In this document: positions 25,148 through 32,000 of the stretch, piece after piece | How the letters are laid out: each line of letters opens with the position of its first letter | Numbering within the stretch: position 1 is the stretch's first letter | Assembly: GCF_001545095.1 (NCBI RefSeq) | Contig: NZ_CP013213.1 | Span: forward strand, 900,001 to 932,000 | Length of the DNA: 32,000 nt | From: Erysipelothrix larvae | Lineage (GTDB): Bacteria; Bacillota_I; Bacilli_A; Erysipelotrichales; Erysipelotrichaceae | Direction of reading: 5' to 3' | Translations under genes and position numbers: made by a program | The notes under the pieces: model-generated | Told to the model about the DNA's origin: nothing | The model's input: the letters and a program-made list of their open reading frames with translations, nothing else | Database searches by the model: none

Positions 25148-26776
25148 ATGAAAAAATTTATTAGAGTAATAACTTGTTTTTGCGCAATGGTTATTGCATT
25201 AAATCCGTTGCAGATTTTTGCCTTATCAACAATTGGATATAATGTTTCAAAAAAAAGCTTGTATGTAGGAGAAACAGCTACTATAACAATATCAATTTCT
25301 GATAAGCAGGGTTCTTTAGATGCAAATGTAAGTGCTTCTGGTGCTGTAAGTAGTGACACATCAAAAATTCTTACAATTCCTGGTGCTGGAAATTCATATA
25401 CAATAAAAGTTACAGCGAAAAGCGTTGGTACTGGTACGATTTCAGTATCAGGATTTGGGTTAGGTACTGGATCCGCAGACGATGAACCTGTTATTAACCA
25501 GACGTTTACTTTTACAGTTACTGAAAAACCTAAGACAGATTCAAACAATAACAATACTAATAACAATGCTAATAACAACAGCAACAGTAGTGGAGGCAAC
25601 TCTAATACCAATAACGATATTGAGAAAGAAAAAGAAGCTAATAAGCCAACAGCTCAGGAATTAGCTGCACAAGAACTAGCTCGTAGAAAACAGATTCCAT
25701 TGATTTCCAAAATTGACTTTGTTAATCCTGATAATTCTGAACAAGTATATGGCACTAAAACAACTGAAAAGGATATCTTTAGTTATGAATTTGAAGGGCC
25801 AAAAAATGTTTCTTCTATCAAGCTTAATTTAACTAAGATTGCTGATAATGTAACTGTGACAGGATCTGATTTAGTTGAATTTGGTGAAATTGAGTTTGAG
25901 AAAACTGTTATCCTAAGTGCAGTTCAGGATGAAGTTGCACAAGAAATTAAAGTTAAGGTAACACGTCCTGTAACTGCCACTACGACTCAACAAGTTGATG
26001 GTGTTGATACTAAAATTGTTGACCGTGATGAGGCAGATGCATTCCTAAAAGAGTTCTCATTTAAGCGTGAAGTTTACACTGATGCCAATGGTAATGAGTC
26101 TTTCTATTATACAAATGACAGTGTAAGGGTTCAATTGACAAAAGACACATCAAACAGAGCGTTCTGGTTATTGTTAGATGAAAACAATCAAGTAGTTCGT
26201 GAAGTAGTTCCTGTATTCTCCGAAGCTTCACATACTGTATCATTCCTATGGGAAGCACCAGAAGAAGTTCAAAATGAGAAACACCAAAATCAAAGTTATG
26301 CACCGCATACTTTTGAAGTTTCTGAATCATTACAAGCAATTGATCCAACATTAGTATTTAATACTACTGTAGGTGCTTGGAAGACTGAAAATATTAAAAT
26401 TGAAGCTACAGGTGGTCAAACTGAAATAGGTTCACCTACTGCTGAGACTGATTCAGATGAAGTTAGTGATTCTCCAGAGCAAACCCCAGAAGCAGAAGCC
26501 AATACAGATACTTCAGGAGAAAATACTGATCCTGTAGTTGGATTCCTTGCGTATGGAATGGATTCAAATGGTAATGAAGGGTTCAAGTATATTGATCAAG
26601 TTAGCAACACTTCGATGGCAGCATTTGCATCATTCGATATTGTTGATAACTTCCACCGTACATGGGCTTATGTTGCAACTGGAGTTGCAGGTGTTGTATC
26701 TGTAGCATTCCTTGCATACTTCATCCTTGAACGTCGTAAAGTTAAAGATTTAATTCAAAAACATAACTCATTTTAA
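25148..26776 (+). CDS. membrane-anchored surface protein (signal peptide, Ig-like N-domain, Asn-rich linker, C-terminal TM helix)
   Basis: RBS AAAGGAG, 10 nt after the hydrolase stop. Signal peptide KKFIRVITCFCAMVIALNPLQIFA. Beta-rich module of about 100 aa, NNNNTNNNANNNSNSSGGNSNTNN linker, then C-terminal WAYVATGVAGVVSVAFLAYFILERRK. Confidence 0.7.
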   Translation: MKKFIRVITCFCAMVIALNPLQIFALSTIGYNVSKKSLYVGETATITISISDKQGSLDANVSASGAVSSDTSKILTIPGAGNSYTIKVTAKSVGTGTISVSGFGLGTGSADDEPVINQTFTFTVTEKPKTDSNNNNTNNNANNNSNSSGGNSNTNNDIEKEKEANKPTAQELAAQELARRKQIPLISKIDFVNPDNSEQVYGTKTTEKDIFSYEFEGPKNVSSIKLNLTKIADNVTVTGSDLVEFGEIEFEKTVILSAVQDEVAQEIKVKVTRPVTATTTQQVDGVDTKIVDRDEADAFLKEFSFKREVYTDANGNESFYYTNDSVRVQLTKDTSNRAFWLLLDENNQVVREVVPVFSEASHTVSFLWEAPEEVQNEKHQNQSYAPHTFEVSESLQAIDPTLVFNTTVGAWKTENIKIEATGGQTEIGSPTAETDSDEVSDSPEQTPEAEANTDTSGENTDPVVGFLAYGMDSNGNEGFKYIDQVSNTSMAAFASFDIVDNFHRTWAYVATGVAGVVSVAFLAYFILERRKVKDLIQKHNSF

Positions 26777-26784
26777 TAACAATC

Positions 26785-26816
26785 GGGTTTAGTCTAAGTA
26801 CTAGACCCTTTTTTTC
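26785..26816 (+). terminator. intrinsic terminator of the surface operon
   Basis: GGGTTTAGT-ctaagt-ACTAGACCC followed by TTTTTTT. Confidence 0.8.
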
Positions 26817-26893
26817 ATTGATGTCTAGTTTGTTGAGATAAAATACATTATTGTATTGATACTATCGATAGGTATCGGTTTTTTTTGTATAAC

Positions 26894-26922
26894 TTGACAA
26901 TTTTTTGCTTTAGTCTTAAAAT
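26894..26922 (+). promoter_or_regulatory. near-consensus sigma-A promoter of the PTS operon
   Basis: TTGACA (26894-26899), a 17-nt spacer, then TAAAAT (26917-26922). Confidence 0.65.
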
Positions 26923-26927
26923 TTAAG

Positions 26928-27008
26928 TGCGTGCAACTATACTTCGTATAGGCATTAGCTTTTGTCTAAAAAGTTTTTGTCTACGAAAAGGAGGATAGTT
27001 GTTTTTTT
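26928..27008 (+). promoter_or_regulatory. RAT-like element overlapping an intrinsic terminator (PRD-antiterminator target)
   Basis: GTGCGTGCAACTATACTTCGTATAGGCATTAGC resembles GlcT/LicT-type RAT sites (..GTTACTG....CAGGCA..). It overlaps the 5' arm of a long terminator. The terminator pairs CAACTAT (26934-26940) with ATAGTTG (26995-27001), and TTCGTA with TACGAA, followed by TTTTTTT. Confidence 0.6.
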
Positions 27009-27020
27009 ATTAAACTTTTA

Positions 27021-27034
27021 GGCAAACGTTAACA
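27021..27034 (+). promoter_or_regulatory. possible cre (CcpA) site
   Basis: GGCAAACGTTAACA fits TGNAANCGNWNNCA except at the first base. Lies between the terminator and the antiterminator start codon. Confidence 0.3.
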
Positions 27035-27049
27035 AAGAAGGGGAGAGCG

Positions 27050-27874
27050 ATGAAGGAATTTAAGATTCGAAAGGTATTGACACATAATATAATACTGGGG
27101 TCGGATGGGGATAATGAGTATATCCTTATAGGAAAAGGTATTGGATTTCAAAAGAAAACAGATGATGTGATTTTGGAAGCAAACATTTCGAGTTATTACG
27201 TTATTCATGATCGAAGTAAATTGACAGATTATGAAATGATCGTTTTAAATACTGATGATTCTGTATTGCTTGTGACTGAAAAAGCCCTGGGGTATGCGGA
27301 GGTGAAGCTAAATCAGAGTTTTGATGGTGGCATTCATATTTCGCTTTTAGATCATATCAATTTCGCCCTGTATCGACTTAAGAATAATATTGAAGTTGGA
27401 AGTTTCTTTACGGAAGAATATTATCTGATGTATCAAGATCTCTATGACATTGCTTCAGAGATGGTTTTGATGATTAATGAAGCACTTGATGTTCGCTTAC
27501 CAAATACAGAGATTGGATCCATTATATTGCACCTTCATGCTGCATTGAATAAAGAAAAAGTATCGACTTCTGCTTTATATGCACAAATCATTAGTTTTTC
27601 ATTGGGATACATCCAGAATAACCTTCCATTGGAAATTCCTTCGGATTCAATTGCGCGAACACGACTCATTACGCATTTAAAGTTTGCGCTCAAGAGAACT
27701 GAACAAAACAAAACGATTGATAATCCATTGAGCGATGTCATTCGTGAGAAATATTTTGAAATCTATCATTTGTCAATGATCTTAAGTCAAGAAATCGAAT
27801 CGCGTTTCCAAGTCAAATTACCTGAATCAGAAATTGGTTATATTGCATTACACATTTATAATCTGCAATATTAG
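27050..27874 (+). CDS. BglG/LicT/GlcT-family PRD transcriptional antiterminator
   Basis: 274 aa. N-terminal CAT domain (KIRKVLTHNIILGSDGDNEYILIGKGIGF) and two PRD repeats with conserved histidines (ISLLDHINFAL, IILHLHAAL, ITHLKFAL, IALHIYN). Confidence 0.85.
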   Translation: MKEFKIRKVLTHNIILGSDGDNEYILIGKGIGFQKKTDDVILEANISSYYVIHDRSKLTDYEMIVLNTDDSVLLVTEKALGYAEVKLNQSFDGGIHISLLDHINFALYRLKNNIEVGSFFTEEYYLMYQDLYDIASEMVLMINEALDVRLPNTEIGSIILHLHAALNKEKVSTSALYAQIISFSLGYIQNNLPLEIPSDSIARTRLITHLKFALKRTEQNKTIDNPLSDVIREKYFEIYHLSMILSQEIESRFQVKLPESEIGYIALHIYNLQY

Positions 27875-27882
27875 GAGGAAGT

Positions 27883-28557
27883 ATGTTAAACGAAATTAAA
27901 GGAAAACTTGTCGTATCGTGTCAAGCATTGGAAAATGAACCGCTTCACAGTGCGATGATTATGGGGAGAATGGCAATTGCTGCTAAAAATGCAGGAGCAT
28001 GTGGCATTCGTGCTCAAGGTGTTGAAGATATCCTTGAGATTAAACGGGTTACAGGATTACCTGTAATTGGAATTATTAAAAAGGACTATCCGGATTCTGA
28101 GGTGTACATCACAGCAACTCAAAAAGAAGTACAAGCACTTATTGATGCAGGGTGTGACATGATTGCACTGGATGCTACTAAGCGTGTGCGGCCTAATGGG
28201 GAACTCACTGAGGACTTACTCGCACTGATTAAAAAAGCAAACATTGAATCAATGGCCGACATATCAACCCTTGATGAAGCAATTGCTGCTGAGAAAATGG
28301 GCTTTGATTGTGTGTCGACAACCCTTGCTGGATATACACCTTATTCCACCAATGTTGAAGGTCCTAATATCCAACTTATTCAACAAATTCTTCAAAATGT
28401 TACGATTCCTGTTATTGCAGAGGGGAAAATACACGAGCCAAAACAGCTTAAAGCTGTGATGGACTTGGGTGTGCATAGTGCAGTTGTGGGCGGTGCAATT
28501 ACACGGCCTCAAGAAATTGCTGCACGATTTATAAAGGAACTTAAACAAGGAGAATAA
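27883..28557 (+). CDS. nanE: N-acetylmannosamine-6-phosphate 2-epimerase
   Basis: LVVSCQALENEPLHSAMIMGRMAIAAKNAGACGIRAQG and the C-terminal HSAVVGGAITRPQEIA match the NanE family. 224 aa. Confidence 0.85.
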   Translation: MLNEIKGKLVVSCQALENEPLHSAMIMGRMAIAAKNAGACGIRAQGVEDILEIKRVTGLPVIGIIKKDYPDSEVYITATQKEVQALIDAGCDMIALDATKRVRPNGELTEDLLALIKKANIESMADISTLDEAIAAEKMGFDCVSTTLAGYTPYSTNVEGPNIQLIQQILQNVTIPVIAEGKIHEPKQLKAVMDLGVHSAVVGGAITRPQEIAARFIKELKQGE

Positions 28558-28558
28558 T

Positions 28559-30058
28559 ATGTTTCAAAAATTACAAAAAATAGGGAAGGCGTTTATGCTT
28601 CCGATCGCAATTCTGCCTGCAGCAGGGTTGTTGTTGGGTATTGGCGGTGCACTTTCTAATGCAAATACAATTCAAGCGTATCCGTTTTTAGATGTACCAT
28701 TTTTACAAGCAATTTTTAGCGTGATGTCAGCAGCAGGAAGTATCATCTTTGGAAATCTTGCAATGCTCTTAACGATGGGACTTGCTGCAGGACTTGCAAA
28801 ACGCGATAAAGCAACCGCAGTCCTAGCAGCTGTTGTTGGCTATCTAGTGATGAATGCAACAATTTCAGCACTTTTAGGAATATTCAATCCAGATGGTGCT
28901 GCAATTGATACAGGTGTTGTGGGTGCCATTGCTATCGGTAGTATTGCAGTGTATCTACACAACCGTTACCATAACATTCAATTACCACAAATTCTTGGAT
29001 TTTTTGGAGGTTCACGGTTTGTTCCAATCGTAACATCTTTTGCCGCAATCTTTGTGGGAGCAGTGTTCTATTTAGTGTGGCCACCGTTCCAACAACTTCT
29101 GATATCAGCGGGTGAAGGCATTGCAAAGATGGGACCAATTGGTACATTCTTCTATGGGTTCTTAATGCGTCTATGTGGTGCTGTAGGGCTACACCACATG
29201 ATTTATCCAATGTTTTGGTATACAGAACTGGGTGGCGTTGAAGTTGTGGCAGGACAAACAATTGTCGGTGCTCAAAATATATTCTTTGCACAACTTGCAG
29301 ATCCAAACCATACCGGCCTATTTACCGAAGGAACACGATTCTTTGCAGGTCGCTTTGCAACCATGATGTTTGGTCTACCAGGTGCTGCACTTGCAATGTA
29401 TAAACTGGTTCCAAGTAAACGCTCGAAACAATATGCAGGGTTATTCTTGGGTGTTGCTTTGACATCATTTATCACAGGGATTACAGAACCAATTGAATTT
29501 ATGTTCTTGTTTGTATCACCGGTACTCTATGTTATTCACGCATTCTTAGATGGTGTTTCGTTCTTTGTTGCCGATATCCTCAACATCTCAATTGGGAATA
29601 CCTTCTCAGGGGGTGTGATAGACTTTACACTCTTTGGTATCTTGCAAGGTAATGCAAAAACAAATTGGTTGCTTGTGTTACCAGTTGGGGCAATCTGGTT
29701 TGCACTCTATTATGGCGTCTTTACATTCTTCATTAAGAAGTTTAATGTACCGACACCTGGTCGTCTTGATGACGAAGAACAAAGTGTGCCAACGGTTACA
29801 TCCAAAGAAAGTATCAGCGATGAATCCAAAGTTATTATTGAATTATTAGGTGGACCTGAAAACATTCTCGATGTGGATGCGTGTATCACCCGCCTTAGAG
29901 TGAGCGTAAAAGATGCGAATGCAGTCAACAAAGATGCCATCAAGTCAATGGGTGCAACTGATGTCTTAGTTGTTGGAAATGGTATTCAAGCAATCTTTGG
30001 TGCAAAAGCAATTCTGTATAAGAATAATATTGCCGATTACTTAGGCATCGACGAATAG
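28559..30058 (+). CDS. PTS transporter EIICB, glucose/GlcNAc superfamily
   Basis: MFQKLQKIGKAFMLPIAILPAAGLLLGIG start, GITEPIEF motif, and a C-terminal EIIB domain with the phospho-cysteine motif DACITRLR. Confidence 0.9.
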   Translation: MFQKLQKIGKAFMLPIAILPAAGLLLGIGGALSNANTIQAYPFLDVPFLQAIFSVMSAAGSIIFGNLAMLLTMGLAAGLAKRDKATAVLAAVVGYLVMNATISALLGIFNPDGAAIDTGVVGAIAIGSIAVYLHNRYHNIQLPQILGFFGGSRFVPIVTSFAAIFVGAVFYLVWPPFQQLLISAGEGIAKMGPIGTFFYGFLMRLCGAVGLHHMIYPMFWYTELGGVEVVAGQTIVGAQNIFFAQLADPNHTGLFTEGTRFFAGRFATMMFGLPGAALAMYKLVPSKRSKQYAGLFLGVALTSFITGITEPIEFMFLFVSPVLYVIHAFLDGVSFFVADILNISIGNTFSGGVIDFTLFGILQGNAKTNWLLVLPVGAIWFALYYGVFTFFIKKFNVPTPGRLDDEEQSVPTVTSKESISDESKVIIELLGGPENILDVDACITRLRVSVKDANAVNKDAIKSMGATDVLVVGNGIQAIFGAKAILYKNNIADYLGIDE

Positions 30059-30110
30059 TTACTCAGACAGATGTTATGTGGTTAAACACTGAGTTAGAAA
30101 TGAGGGAGCA

Positions 30111-30569
30111 ATGTTTTTTAAAAAATCAAACAACGTATTGAATTCGATTACCCAAGGGTCAATCATCACATTAGGTCAAGTAAGTGATCCAGTCTTTTCA
30201 AACAAAATGGTTGGGGATGGGTATGCAATTGAACCCAGTGAGGGCCTTATTTATGCACCCTGTGATGGTGAAATTACGGTCGCTTTTCCTACGAAACATG
30301 CCTATGGAATCAAAACGCCCAAGGGTGTGGAAGTTTTAATTCATTTAGGAATTGATACAGTACAACTCAATGGAGCAGGATTTGTAAGTCATGTAGGGGT
30401 GGGGGATGTTGTGAAAAAAGGTCAATTGATTGCTGAGATGGATTTAGAATTGATCCGCTCAAAAGGAAAAGAAACAACTTCCATGGTCATCATCACAAGT
30501 GGTGAACCCATAACACTTCTTACTCAAAATCAATCCGTAACAAAAAATGACGCAGTAATGTCTCTATAA
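30111..30569 (+). CDS. crr: PTS EIIA, glucose-family (standalone)
   Basis: VSDPVFSNKMVGDGYAIEP ... TKHAYGI ... VLIHLGIDTVQLNGAGF carries the two conserved histidines of EIIA-Glc. 152 aa. Confidence 0.9.
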   Translation: MFFKKSNNVLNSITQGSIITLGQVSDPVFSNKMVGDGYAIEPSEGLIYAPCDGEITVAFPTKHAYGIKTPKGVEVLIHLGIDTVQLNGAGFVSHVGVGDVVKKGQLIAEMDLELIRSKGKETTSMVIITSGEPITLLTQNQSVTKNDAVMSL

Positions 30570-30577
30570 GCTTATAA

Positions 30578-30612
30578 AACGCTCATGTCAGCAATAGATG
30601 TGAGCGTTTCTC
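30578..30612 (+). terminator. intrinsic terminator after the EIIA gene
   Basis: AACGCTCA ... TGAGCGTT stem followed by TTCTCGTGATTT. The loop is long and the U tract weak. Confidence 0.5.
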
Positions 30613-30703
30613 GTGATTTCATTAACAAAACAGATTTAATGTATACACAAGAGCCTTGATTAGTGGTAAAATTATTGGGTATGAAATAGGAGGCAATAAC
30701 TTT

Positions 30704-32000
30704 ATGAGCAAAAAACCGGTTGTTCTAGTAGTAATGGATGGTGTTGGTTTAAGTAGCACAGTTGAAGGAAATGCTGTATTACAAGCTAAGACTCCAACAC
30801 TGGATAAATTAATGGCTGAATGCCCTAATATTACGCTTAAAGCACATGGTCACGCTGTAGGTCTACCAACAGATGATGACATGGGTAACTCGGAAGTAGG
30901 ACACAATGCATTGGGAGCAGGTCAAATCTACTCACAAGGTGCAAAACTAGTCAATGAATCAATTGAGGATGGATCACTTTTTGAATCAAAAACATGGAAA
31001 TGGTTAAGTGAAGATCTCGATGGTCATACACTACACCTTATTGGACTGTTATCCGATGGAAATGTACATTCACATGTGAATCATGTACTTGCAATGATTA
31101 AACAAGCTAAAAAAGATGGTGTTAAACACTTAGCACTACACGCACTTCAAGATGGTCGTGATGTTGATCAACAATCTGCACTTGAATACCTTGGACAAGT
31201 TGAAGATTTAATGGCTGAACTCAATGACGATACATTCCATGCTGAAGTTGCTTCAGGCGGTGGACGTATGCTTGTAACAATGGACCGTTATGATGCAGAC
31301 TGGGGTATGGTTGAATGTGGATGGAAGACACACGTTTTAGGTGAAGCAAGAGGCTTTGCAAGTGCGACTGAAGCAATCGAAACATACCGTGCTGAACAAC
31401 CGGGTCTTTCAGATCAATACGTACCTGCATGGGTTATTGAAAAAGATGGAAAAGCAGTAGCACCAATTGTTGATGGAGACTCAGTAATCTTCTTTAACTT
31501 CCGTGGAGACCGTGCCCTTGAAATCTCAAAAACATTTGAAGCAGGTGATGACTTTGATCGTTTCGATCGTGTACGCGTACCAAGTGTAAAATATGCAGGC
31601 ATGCTTCAATACGATGGAGACTTGGAAATTCCAAAACACTTCTTAGTTGAACCACCACATATTACAAACACAATGACAGAAACAATGATCCAAGCTGGAA
31701 AATCAATCTTTGCGATTTCTGAAACACAAAAATTTGGACACGTTACCTATTTCTGGAATGGAAATCGTTCAGAGAAGTTTGATGATTCACTTGAAACTTG
31801 GATGGAAATAAAGGGTGATGATGTAACATTCGATCAACGTCCTTGGATGAAATCTGCAGAAATTACGGATGAAGTGATTAAAGCACTTGATAGTGATCAA
31901 TTTGATTTCATTCGCATTAATTTCCCAAATGGTGATATGGTTGGACATACTGGAGACTTCTTAGCATCTGTAGTATCTGTTGAAGCAGTTGATTTAGCAC
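30704..32000 (+). CDS. gpmI: 2,3-bisphosphoglycerate-independent phosphoglycerate mutase, N-terminal about 432 codons (3' end beyond the window)
   Basis: Absent from the ORF track because it has no stop in the window. ATG at 30704 with RBS AGGAGG. My own translation MSKKPVVLVVMDGVGL...DDMGNSEVGHNALGAGQIY...LSDGNVHSH...YAGMLQYDGDL...ETQKFGHVTYFWNGNRS...NFPNGDMVGHTG is open to base 32000. Confidence 0.9.
   Translation, partial: MSKKPVVLVVMDGVGLSSTVEGNAVLQAKTPTLDKLMAECPNITLKAHGHAVGLPTDDDMGNSEVGHNALGAGQIYSQGAKLVNESIEDGSLFESKTWKWLSEDLDGHTLHLIGLLSDGNVHSHVNHVLAMIKQAKKDGVKHLALHALQDGRDVDQQSALEYLGQVEDLMAELNDDTFHAEVASGGGRMLVTMDRYDADWGMVECGWKTHVLGEARGFASATEAIETYRAEQPGLSDQYVPAWVIEKDGKAVAPIVDGDSVIFFNFRGDRALEISKTFEAGDDFDRFDRVRVPSVKYAGMLQYDGDLEIPKHFLVEPPHITNTMTETMIQAGKSIFAISETQKFGHVTYFWNGNRSEKFDDSLETWMEIKGDDVTFDQRPWMKSAEITDEVIKALDSDQFDFIRINFPNGDMVGHTGDFLASVVSVEAVDLA

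Noticed and set aside
25081-25611. 176-aa minus-strand ORF with a poly-Leu stretch.
   Set aside because: It is an antisense shadow of the Asn-rich linker (AAY repeats read as Leu/Val on the other strand) within a well-supported plus-strand gene.
26858-26888. Palindrome GATACTATCGATAGGTATC followed by T8, a possible second terminator or operator upstream of the PTS promoter.
   Set aside because: The central TATCGATA cannot form a stable loop and the stem is short. It may be a weak terminator or a protein site, but I cannot tell which.
1-32000. I looked for CRISPR arrays, tRNA/rRNA genes, RNase P RNA, tmRNA and recognisable phage-defence gene clusters.
   Set aside because: There are no regularly spaced direct repeats, no tRNA T-arm/acceptor patterns in intergenic regions, and no GGAAAGTCC-type RNase P core. 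No large ATPase or nuclease genes of defence type are present.

Overview
Low-GC Bacillota-type chromosomal window, mostly plus-strand housekeeping genes in two classic syntenic blocks. Block 1 is recJ, a surface protein gene, apt, relA, a GNAT gene, a T-box leader, hisS and aspS. Block 2 is rpsB, tsf, pyrH, frr, uppS, cdsA and rseP. Three accessory stretches break these up. (1) 10376-13160: an IS66-family element with exact terminal inverted repeats and an 8-bp target duplication. Its interior is gutted; it now holds a secreted-protein/small-membrane-protein gene pair plus a frameshifted, truncated group II intron. (2) 14229-14800: a minus-strand unit with its own promoter and two intrinsic terminators, several strong helices and no credible ORF, between an oxidoreductase gene and rpsB. 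(3) 21300-26800: an RHH/RelE-like toxin-antitoxin pair, a hemolysin-III family gene, and a two-gene surface operon. That operon encodes a glucosaminidase-SH3b-dockerin autolysin and a membrane-anchored Ig-like protein. The window ends with a RAT/terminator-controlled antiterminator-nanE-PTS EIICB-EIIA operon (predicted N-acetylmannosamine uptake) and the 5' part of gpmI. I saw no rRNA, tRNA or CRISPR array. All family calls rest on motif recognition by eye in the supplied translations; no database search was run.
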